DNA of 64,000 nucleotides, taken from NCBI RefSeq assembly GCF_902652985.1, contig NC_047018.1:33976001-34040000 (forward strand). The letters are read 5' to 3'. Within the stretch, counting starts at the first letter, position 1, and each line of letters opens with the position of its first letter. Under the pieces are notes generated by a model. That model ran no database searches. It had not been told where the DNA came from and saw only the letters and a program-made list of their open reading frames with translations. This document shows positions 37,181 to 48,635 of the stretch, in pieces. A program made the position numbers and the translations under genes. This stretch comes from Pecten maximus. Taxonomy: Eukaryota.

Positions 37181-40100
37181 TCAGAGAGATACGGCTAACA
37201 CACATCACGTGTTCAATGTATCCCCAGAGAGATACGACTAACACACACCACGTGTTAAATGTATCTCAAGTGAGATACGGCTAACACACACTACGTGTTA
37301 AATGTATCCCCAGAGAGAAAAGGCTAACACACACCATGTGTTAAATGTAACCCCAGAGATATACGGCTAACACACACCACGTGTTAAATGTGTCCCCAGC
37401 GAGATACGGCTAACACACCACACGTTAAATGTATCCCAAGACAGATACGGCTAACACACACCACGTGTTAAATGTATCCCCAGAGAGATACGGCTAACAC
37501 ACACAACGTGTTAAATATATCCCCAGAGAGATACGGCAAACAAACACCACGTGTTAAATGTATCCCCAGAGAGATACGGCTAACACACTACACGTTAAAT
37601 GTATCCCCAGAGAGATACGGCTAACACACTACACGTTAAATGTATCCCCAGAGAGATACGGCTAACACACTACACGTTAAATGTATCCCCAGAGAGATAC
37701 CGCTAACACACTACACGTTAAATGTATCCCCAGAGAGAAACGACTAACACACCACGTGTTAAATGTATCCCCAGAGAGGTACGGCTAACACACACCACGT
37801 GTTAAATGTATCCCCAGAGAGATACGGCTAACACACACCAAGTGTTAAATGTATCCCCAGAGAGATACGGCTAACACACACCACGTGTTAAATGTATCCC
37901 CAGAGAGATACGGCTAACACACACCAAGTGTTAAATGTATCCCCAGCGAGATACGGCTAACACACCACACGTTAAATGTATCCCCAGAGAGAAACGGCTA
38001 ACACACACCACGTGTTAAATGTATCCCCAGAGAGATACGGCTAACACACTACACGTTAAATGTATCCCCAGAGAGATACGGCTAACACACTACACGTTAA
38101 ATGTATCCCCAGAGAGATACCGCTAACACACTACACGTTAAATGTATCCCCAGAGAGATACGACTAACACACCACGTGTTAAATGTATCCCCAGAGAGAT
38201 ACGGCTAACACACACCACGTGTTAAATGTATCCCCAGAGAGATACGGCAAACAAACACCACGTTTTAAATGTATCCTCAGAGAGATACGACTAACACACA
38301 CTACGTGTTAAATGTGTCTCCAGCGAGATACGGCTAACACATCACACGTTAAATGTATCCCCAGAGAGATACGGCTAACACACACCACGTGTTAAATGTA
38401 TCCCCAGAGAGATACGGCTAACACACACCACGTGTTAAATGTATCCTCAGAGAGATACGGCTAACACACTACACCTTAAATGTATCCTCAGAGAGATACG
38501 ACTAACACACACTACGTGTTAAATGTGTCTCCAGCGAGATACGGCTAACACATCACACGTTAAATGTATCCCAAGACAGATACGGCTAACACACACCACG
38601 TGTTAAATGTATCCCCAGAGAGATACGGCTAACACACACCACGTGTTAAATATATCCCCAGAGAGATACGGCTAACACACTACACGTTAAATGTATACCA
38701 GAGAGATACGGCTAACACACTACACGTTAAATGTATCCCCAGAGAGATACCGCTAACACACACCACGTGTTAAATGTATCCCCAGAGAGATACGGCTAAC
38801 ACACACCACGTATTAAATGTATCCCCAGAGAGATACGACTAACACACACCACGTGTTAAATGTATCCCCAGAGAGATACGACTAACATACCACGCGTTAA
38901 ATGTATCCCAAGAGAGATACGACTAACACACACCACGTGTTAAATGTATCACCAAAGAGATACGACTAACACACATCACGTGTTAAATGTATCCCCAAAG
39001 AGAGATACGGCTAACACACATCACGCGTTTAATGTATCCCCAGAGAGATACGACTAACACACACCACGTGTTAAATGTGTCCCCAGCGAGATACGGCTAA
39101 CACACCACACGTTAAATGTATCCCAAGACAGATACGGCTAACACACACCACGTGTTAAATGTATCCCCAGAGAGATACGGCTAACACACACAACGTGTTA
39201 AATATATCCCCAGAGAGATACGGTTAACAAACACCACGTGTTAAATGTATCCCCAGAGAGATACGGCTAACACACTACACGTTAAATGTATCCCCAGAGA
39301 GATACGGCTAACACACTACACGTTAAATGTATCCCCAGAGAGATACCGCTAACACACTACACGTTAAATGTATCCCCAGAGAGAAACGACTAACACACCA
39401 CGTGTTAAATGTATCCCCAGAGAGAAACGGCTAACACACACCACGTGTTAAATGTATCCCCAGAGAGATAAGGCTAACACACACTACGTGTTAAATGTAT
39501 CCCCAGATAGATACGGCTAACACACACCAAGTGTTAAATGTATCCCCAGAGAGATACGGCTAACACACACCACGTGTTAAATGTATCCCCAGAGAGATAC
39601 GGCTAACACACACCACGTGTTCAATGTATCTCCAGAGAGATACGACTAAAACACACCACGTGTTAAATGTATCTCAAGTGAGATACGGCTAACACACACC
39701 ACGTGTTAAATGTATCCCCAGAGAGAAAAGGCTAACACACACCACGTGTTAAATGTAACCCCAGAGATATACGGCTAACACACTACACGTTAAATGTATC
39801 CCCAGAGAGATACGGCTAACACACTACACGTTAAATGTATCCCCAGAGAGATACCGCTAACACACTACACGTTAAATGTATCCCCAGAGAGATACGACTA
39901 ACACACCACGTGTTAAATGTATCCCCAGAGAGATACGGCTAACACACACCACGTGTTAAATGTATCCCCAGAGAGATACGGCAAACAAACACCACGTTTT
40001 AAATGTATCCTCAGAGAGATACGACTAACACACACTACGTGTTAAATGTGTCTCCAGCGAGATACGGCTAACACATCACACGTTAAATGTATCCCAAGAC

Positions 40101-42652
40101 AGATACGGCTAACACACACCACGTGTTAAATGTATCCCCAGAGAGATACGGCTAACACACACCACGTGTTAAATGTATCCTCAGAGAGATACGGCTAACA
40201 CACTACACCTTAAATGTATCCTCAGAGAGATACGACTAACACACACTACGTGTTAAATGTGTCTCCAGCGAGATACGGCTAACACATCACACGTTAAATG
40301 TATCCCAAGACAGATACGGCTAACACACACCACGTGTTAAATGTATCCCCAGAGAGATACGGCTAACACACACCACGTGTTAAATATATCCCCAGAGAGA
40401 TACGGCTAACACACTACACGTTAAATGTATACCAGAGAGATACGGCTAACACACTACACGTTAAATGTATCCCCAGAGAGATACCGCTAACACACACCAC
40501 GTGTTAAATGTATCCCCAGAGAGATACGGCTAACACACACCACGTGTTAAATGTATCCCCAGAGAGATACGGCTAACACACACCACGTGTTCAATGTATC
40601 CCCAGAGAGATACGACTAAAACACACCACGTGTTAAATGTATCTCAAGTGAGATACGGCTAACACACACCACGTGTTAAATGTATCCCCAGAGAGAAAAG
40701 GCTAACACACACCACGTGTTAAATGTAACCCCAGAGATATACGGCTAACACACACCACGTGTTAAATGTGTCCCCAGCGAGATACGGCTAACACACCACA
40801 CGTTAAATGTATCCCAAGACAGATACGGCTAACACACACCACGTGTTAAATGTATCCCCAGAGAGATACGGCTAACACACACAACGTGTTAAATATATCC
40901 CCAGAGAGATACGGCTAACAAACACCACGTGTTAAATGTATCCCCAGAGAGATACGGCTAACACACTACACGTTAAATGTATCCCCAGAGAGATACGGCT
41001 AACACACTACACGTTAAATGTATCCCCAGAGAGATACCGCTAACACACTACACGTTAAATGTATCCCCAGAGAGAAACGACTAACACACCACGTGTTAAA
41101 TGTATCCCCAGAGAGATACGGCTAACACACACCACGTGTTAAATGTATCCCCAGAGAGATACGGCTAACACACACTACGTGTTAAATGTATCCCCAGGGA
41201 GATACGGCTAACACACACCAAGTGTTAAATGTATCCCCAGAGAGATACGGCTAACACACACCACGTGTTAAATGTATCCCCAGAGAGATACGGCTAACAC
41301 ACACCACGTGTTCAATGTATCTCCAGAGAGATACGACTAAAACACACCACGTGTTAAATGTATCTCAAGTGAGATACGGCTAACACACACCACGTGTTAA
41401 ATGTAACCCCAGAGATATACGGCTAACACACACCACGTGTTAAATGTGTCCCCAGCGAGATACGGCTAACACACCACACGTTAAATGTATCCCAAGACAG
41501 ATACGGCTAACACACACCACGTGTTAAATGTATCCCCAGAGAGAAACGGCTAACACACACCACGTGTTAAATGTATCCCCAGAGAGATACGGCTAACACA
41601 CTACACGTTAAATGTATCCCCAGAGAGATACGGCTAACACACTACACGTTAAATGTTTCCCCAGAGAGATACCGCTAACACACTACACGTTAAATGTATC
41701 CCCAGAGAGATACGACTAACACACCACGTGTTAAATGTATCCCCAGAGAGATACGGCTAACACACACCACGTGTTAAATGTATCCCCAGAGAGATACGGC
41801 AAACAAACACCACGTTTTAAATGTATCCTCAGAGAGATACGACTAACACACACTACGTGTTAAATGTGTCTCCAGCGAGATACGGCTAACACACCACACG
41901 TTAAATGTATCCCAAGACAGATACGGCTAACACACACCACGTGTTAAATGTATCCCCAGAGAGATACGGCTAACACACACCACGTGTTAAATGTATCCTC
42001 AGAGAGATACGGCTAACACACTACACCTTAAATGTATCCTCAGAGAGATACGACTAACACACACTACGTGTTAAATGTGTCTCCAGCGAGATACGGCTAA
42101 CACATCACACGTTAAATGTATCCCAAGACAGATACGGCTAACACACACTACGTGTTAAATGTATCCCCAGAGAGATACGGCTAACACACACCACGTGTTA
42201 AATATATCCCCAGAGAGATACGGCTAACACACTACACGTTAAATGTATACCAGAGAGATACGGCTAACACACTACACGTTAAATGTATCCCCAGAGAGAT
42301 ACCGCTAACACACACCACGTGTTAAATGTATCCCCAGAGAGATACGGCTAACACACACCACGTATTAAATGTATCCCCAGAGAGATACGACTAACACACA
42401 CCACGTGTTAAATGTATCCCCAGAGAGATACGACTAACATACCACGCGTTAAATGTATCCCAAGAGAGATACGACTAACACACACCACGTGTTAAATGTA
42501 TCCCCAAAGAGATACGACTAACACACATCACGTGTTAAATGTATCCCCACAGAGAGATACGGCTAACACACATCACGCGTTTAATGTATCCCCAGAGAGA
42601 TACGACTAACACACACCACGTGTTAAATGTATCCCCAGAGAGATACGACTAC
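37170..42652. repeat. 41/43-bp satellite GTTAAATGTATCCCCAGAGAGATACGGCTAACACACACCACGT, ~130 units, with ~1.7-1.8-kb higher-order structure
   Basis: Direct observation; the rare variant ATGTATACCAG recurs at 38691, 40425 and 42243 (spacings 1734 and 1818 bp). Confidence 0.98.
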
Positions 42653-43370
42653 GCATTAAATCCTGAATCGTGTACAGCATCTTATAGCATGTATCCTAAA
42701 GTTTAATTTGAATCGATCCAAATGGATTTAAAACAATCTCTTGTAGGTTGATGTCGTTTGGATATTTTTAGAATCAATTTCAACAACAAAACCCGAGGAT
42801 GTCTAATCTAAGTAATAAAACACCAAGACTGGAGACACACCTGTTCCTATTATAGAAAATCGGAGGGTCAAAAGGAATCGACAGGACGGTACAATATGAT
42901 AACAACATTGAACTTTAGTAGAAACAAATCGATATTTCTCATTTCTTGATTACTATTCGTATTGTTTTGCACAACAAATGTCCCAAGCGATTTCAGAATC
43001 CACTGCAATAACAAAAGTATCTTTCGAATCCCGTAATAGGTTCTCATGAGAATGTCAATGATTCTCGAATACTCTGTACTCGGGTAATACAGACAGTTAA
43101 AAGTCCATTCAAAAAAGATAAGTCCTCTGTACAACTGACGTAGGGTAGTTATTACATTCATTTCCAATTAATATAAAATGTGAAAATAAGTCAAATTGGA
43201 ACTTTTGCACAATAAAGACCTGTTGCACTGATAAGGGAAATATATACCCAGCGATTATGAAAATACTACACGGCCGACTGCTTATGCACTGCTTGTCAAA
43301 TCAATCCATATAACACTCTCTGTATCAAAGTATACATGTATCAAATTAAAACCGACAAACAGGAAAATAT

Positions 43371-43545
43371 AACAGCATCCTAGAAATTTTAACAGCGTCA
43401 TGAAAAATATAACAGCACTATACATTTTTTAATGGCGCCTTAAATATTATTGCAGTGCCCTTAAATGTTTAACAGCATCCTGAAAATAAAAACAGCACCT
43501 TAAAATTTAAAATATCGTTCTGAATATTATAACAGCGCCCTTAAC
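43371..43545. repeat. Degenerate 20-bp tandem repeat (AACAGC[A/G][T/C]C[C/A]T.AAA.ATTT)
   Basis: About 9 diverged units. Confidence 0.7.
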
Positions 43546-43909
43546 AGATCGAAAACGACATAAACACTGACGTCCCAAACATGTACGATGGCATGTTTAG
43601 GGGTGTAATTTTTTTTATCACGTGCGAACTATTGAAACCCTGTGACTCAAATGTCAACACTGCCGACGACAGTCCTGGTGACTTCTAGACCTTCAGGAAG
43701 GACAAGATGTCAGAGATTTTAACTTAGTTTTAGTATTCATGTAATAAAACAAGTACAAATGTATATCATGGGTGTCTGTGTAATAAAGGCTCCGTGCAAT
43801 AGAACATCGGACGATTACCAGTACCTCGGGGCAAATAATCTGGACTAGTTCACAAACACCCAAGATATGTTTGTATAAAATATACACTTAAACTAAAAAA
43901 TATTTTTTT

Positions 43910-44460
43910 GGAGGCTGATGATATCATGCATTATTTAACCTTTGGAGGGTGATGATATAATACATTATTTAACCTTAGGAGGGTGATGATATCATACATT
44001 TTGTAACGTTGGGAGGGTGATGATATCATACAATATTTAAACTTGGGAGGATGATAATATCATACATTATTTGACCTTAGGAGGTTGATAAAAGCATACA
44101 TTATTTAACCTTTGGAGGCTGATGATATCATACATTATTAAACCTTAGGAGAGTGATGATATAATACATTATTTAACCTTAGTAGGGTGATGATATCATA
44201 CATTATTAACCTTAGGAGAGTGATGATATAATACATTATTTAACCTTAGTAGGGTGATGATATCATACATTATTTAACCTTGGGAGGGTGATAATATCAT
44301 ACATTATTTGACCTTAGGAGGGTGATAAAAGCATACATTATTTAACCTTAGGAGGGTGATAATATCATACATTATTTAACCTTAGGAGGGTGATGATATC
44401 ATACATTATTAAACTTTGGAGGGTGATAATTTCATAGATTATCTAATTTAGGTGATGATA
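43910..44460. repeat. 34-bp minisatellite GGAGGGTGATGATATCATACATTATTTAACCTTA, ~16 copies
   Basis: Direct observation. Confidence 0.95.
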
Positions 44461-44560
44461 CGTATGGTTGAGACGTGTTTGATGCTAGATAATACGCCCA
44501 TCAGTTCCTTGTAACAACCCCAGTTCTCATTTTGGGGCCTTGCTATAGCCCGCATTTTCC

Positions 44561-45694
44561 CTTGATTTGTATGGTGTGTGTCGTCGTGACCTAGATTTGT
44601 ATGGTGTGTGTCGTCGTGACCTATACTTGTTTGGCTGGTGTCGTCGTGACCTAGATTTGTATGTCGGGTGTCGTCGTGACCTAGATTTGTATGGTGTGTC
44701 TCGTCGTGACCATAATTTGTATGGCGGGTGTCGTCCTGACCATAATTTGTATGGCGGGTGTCGTCCTGACCTAGATTTGTATGGTGTGTGTCGTCGTGAC
44801 CTTGATTTGTATGGTGTGTGTCGTCGTGACCTAAATTTGTATGGTGAGTGTCGTCGTGACCTAGATTTGTATGGTGAGTGTCATCGTGACCTAGATTTAT
44901 ATGGCGAGTGTCGTCGTGACCCTGATTTGTATGGTGTGTGTCGTCGTGACCTAGATTTGTATGGTGTGTGTCGTCGTGACCTTGATTTGTATGGTGTGTG
45001 TCGTCGTGACCTTGATTTGTATGGTGTGTGTTGTCGTGACCTAGATTTGTATGGTGTGTGTCGTCGTGACCTAGATTTCTATGGTGAGTGGCGTCGTGAC
45101 CTAGATTTGTATGGCGCTTGTCGTCGTGACCTTAATTTGTATGGTGTATGTGGTCGTGACCTTGATTTGTATGGCGGGTGTCGTCGTGACCTAGATTTGT
45201 ATGGTGTGTGTCATCGTGACCTTGATTTGTATGGTGTGTGTCGTCGTGACCTAGATTTGTATGGTGTGTGTCGTCGTGACCTTGATTTGTATGGTGTGTG
45301 TCATCGTGACCTAGATTTGTATGGTGAGTGTCGTCGTGACCTATATTTATATAGCAATTGTCGTCGTGACCTTGATTTGTATGTGGTGTGTCATCGTGAC
45401 CTAGATTTGTATGGTGTGTGTCGTCGTGACCTAGATTTGTATGGCGGGTGTCGTCGTGACCTTGATTTGTATGGTGTATGTCGTCGTGACCTTGATTTGT
45501 ATGGTGTATGTCGTCATGACCTTGATTTGTATGGCGGGTGTCGTCGTGACCTAGATTTCTATGGTGTATCGTCGTGACCTAGATTTGTATGGTGTGTGTC
45601 GTCGTGACCTAGATTTGTATGGTGTGTGTCGCCGTGACCTAGATTTATATGGTGTGTGCTGTCTTGACCTAGATTTGTATGGTGTGTGTCGTCG
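44561..45694. repeat. 30-bp satellite GACCTAGATTTGTATGGTGTGTGTCGTCGT, ~38 copies
   Basis: Direct observation; generates the 336-aa (YGVCRRDLDL)n ORF; runs into the retroelement motif CAGAAGACGCTTACCCTTCCAGAACAC at 45701. Confidence 0.97.
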
Positions 45695-46039
45695 ATGAAT
45701 CAGAAGACGCTTACCCTTCCAGAACACATGGTTTAACATCCGGGTACTCTTTCAAAAATTTTGCATGTGAATCTATATTTTGTTTATAACTTGGTTACGG
45801 TTGATCAGTTCCGAGTTAAAACTGGAACATGAGCTGTTTTCTCTCTTGTTGCAACGTTTGTAGAACTAATGCGTTAGAATATCACTGTATTGCGGCAAAT
45901 TTGTGTAAAAAAATGTTTGCTAATGTAAAGTTTAACCATATCAGCTTAAAGATATACTACTTTTTCCCATCCAGTCGTTATGGTGGAGGTTGATAAAAAA
46001 CTACAAGGAAGTGCAAATATCGAAGTTTGCTCATACAGG

Positions 46040-46658
46040 CACTGTGTTCCACAGCTGGCAGACTGGTACAGGTTTATGAAAGGACTACCTTAATGCTTCA
46101 GGTACCTGGGTATCCTCTCGGACAGTCTCACTGATACTGAGACCGATTAGATTGGGCACAAGTTCACAGCAGTGTTGGCAATAGGAGCCGGGTCTTTTCA
46201 CTATTATTCCAGATTCGGTCTTGACTTTACAGACCACATTAGAGTAAGGACAGACCCTAGGGAGATATTACAGACAGGTAGCTTTGGGAAACATGTCCGA
46301 TATAGTGGACGTTCATTGAAGATGTTTGCGTATGGGAAGAGGGATCATCCTTGGTGATAAAATTCCGCTATGCCAGACGCTACGATTGTTCCTAGGCCCA
46401 TCCTTATTGACGATAACGCTAGGCTATATCGAGTGAGCAGTACCTACAACAAGAGACCATTCAACAGATGACGCCAGCCGGATCTAAATCCAATCGGATT
46501 GTGTGTGGCATACTGCAGACAGAAATGTTCAGCCAAGGGACAGCTTTGGTCGCGGAATAGAACACTATTCTAGAAAACCTGATACGCAATCATTTTTGCA
46601 TGGCATGCACAGTTGTTACATAGCTACAATTTATGTTCATGGGCGCCACTCTCTATAG
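46040..46658 (+). pseudogene. Tc1-family (IS630-Tc1-mariner) transposase remnant
   Basis: Frameshifted, collinear motifs: YLNASGTWVSSRTV, RLDWAQVH, SRFGLDFTD.IRV, HVRYSGRSLKMFA (~HDRYGGGSVMVWA), ILIDDNAR, EQYLQQETIQQM, PDLNPI, LVAE*NTI, HGRHSLY* (~GGHTRY). Confidence 0.9.
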
Positions 46659-47163
46659 TAAACAGTTTATATATATTTAGGAGCAGCTGTAAAGGTAGGG
46701 TTTTAAATTGGCCTTAGTAGCAAATACGATAGCTTGAGTGTGCTTTTGGTAGCTTCTGTAGTCCTACGTTTAGAAATGGGCATTTAAGTCCAAACATGTA
46801 CATACGCAAGATTATAGCGCCATTTTAAAAAAATGAAAAAAAGGAACCAATATATAATAGATTGCCCAAAAACAGTAATCAGGAGTTTTGAGCAAAGTAA
46901 TTAAGAGTTATTGATATCGACATGTATTTTTTTAAAAGCTAAACGAGCATAGGTGAAAATCTATCTTGGATTGAAATATTGTAAAATGAACTGAAATAAA
47001 ATTGTTATACTTGGTTTCATTAGTATACAGGGACTGATACCTACCCTAATAACCACCTTAAGTGAAATTTGCACATGTTCGCCATTTTCCCTGATAACCA
47101 CAAATATTAAATGCTCTTATAACTGCTGAATCTATTTTCTGACAAGAACGCTACATGATAGAT

Positions 47164-48635
47164 TTACGTTTGTTTACATATTAAACCATCTAAACTGGAA
47201 TTAAATATGGCTTCCTCGTCCTTAAAATCTTGTCGGTCACGTAATATTGGTCTACATCGTAGTGCTAATTGTCCCAGACGACCATACCTAATTCCTGGAA
47301 GATGACGGTTGGTAGTGAATTCTTCATTACTTGAGGTTTGTCTTACATCTTTTGACATTTCGATGCAAAGGTTTACATGTTTACAGGTGCATGTCGTATT
47401 TTAAATAGGATAGAATACTAGCTACGAAGGCACATACCCCAATGGTTCTTTGTCCAGTATGACACTGGCAATAAGTTGTCATGCTGGATCTAAACATTGT
47501 ACTTTTTACTGCTTATGCCTCGGATAAATCTGTCATCGGATGTTATTGAGGCAGGCTGTTACTATTTTACAAGTGCATCGATAATATCAATTACATGCAA
47601 ATAGTTAGAGCCATTGCTTGGATCGTGTGTGATATGACTCCACTACCCAGCTGGATTTAGTTATGGGTCTATCAAGGTTAGCTTGTAGATCGTCATGTAG
47701 AGTTTGCCCAGTATCTTTGTTGCAAAACCACGTGATTCCAAATCTGGCAAAACATCCCTAAACCCCCGATCAACAATGATATTGCCATCTTTCTTATCAA
47801 TGATGGCTTTTGTAACCATCGCATCGTTATCGCTTTCAAGAAAAAAAAGGTCCTACTGTGTCCAAAATGTAACCACAAGCCAGGGCTTTGCTCACGGACT
47901 TCAAATAGTTATGCTTCTTCTGGCCACAGTAGGAGATTCTAAGGAGCTTGTGATCCTAATTCAGGAATAAAGATGTATGTACTGTCAAGTATGAAAGTCG
48001 CCCGCTAGCCAAAAAAAAATACTTCGGTTTCGTTGTGATCCTGAATACTTTCTCTTCACGTCCAAGGAACAATGGTTATGTCTAATGCTTTTACTATGGA
48101 TTGAAATGGTTTCGATACACAGGAAACTGACATGTAAAAAGCTTGAACACTGATATGTCCGTCTCCAGTTTTACCCAGAACTACAGTAGTACATCCTCGT
48201 GGTTTGGAGTGTGAATACCAGTATCAATAAAGGACGAACAATGTGAAATAATCTCTGTAGAATCAAAGCAGAGTATAGAAAGAATCCTCTTTGATAGCAT
48301 ATGTGATATCTCCTAAAGAACACTGATCTGGAAGGTAGCTGGGAAGTCGACATTTCTCTTTCATCACTGCGAATTTCAACGTTAGGGGTAAGGGGTCAGA
48401 TATTTATGATGAGTTGTGAGCGCTTGGGCAAAATGGTCGAGCTTTATTGAAACTCTTCATGCATAGTGTGCATTTGGCGGGGAAGACTGGCACTAAAATA
48501 GATCCTCTGTCGGTAATGCTATTAATGAGATGTTCCGCATCGTATCTTCAGGTTGCGGCTTTCATTTCTGATCATTCTTGAAACACTTCGCACATTTATG
48601 CCAATCTCTTGATCATCCAGTAAAATTATTGTCAT
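47164..48635 (-). pseudogene. ISL2EU / PIF-Harbinger-type DDE (DDE_Tnp_4-like) transposase remnant with a C-terminal SWIM zinc finger
   Basis: Minus-strand motifs in order: KCTLC, LL*FWVKLETDIS, VSKPFQSIVKAL, FILDSTYIFI (~DGTY), SYCGQKKHNYLK, GYILDTVGPF, DNDA, IIVDRGFRD, QANLDRPITKSSWVVES, SSKKYNV*I, YCQCHTGQRTIGVCAFVASILSYL (SWIM, ~47385-47475). Many stops and frameshifts. Confidence 0.88.

Noticed and set aside
44567-45577. 336-aa Cys/Arg-rich ORF (YGVCRRDLDL)n as a protein gene
   Set aside because: Product of a 30-bp satellite; non-ATG start, frame broken by a 2-bp deletion near 45569 while the array continues, and the array merges into a retroelement motif.
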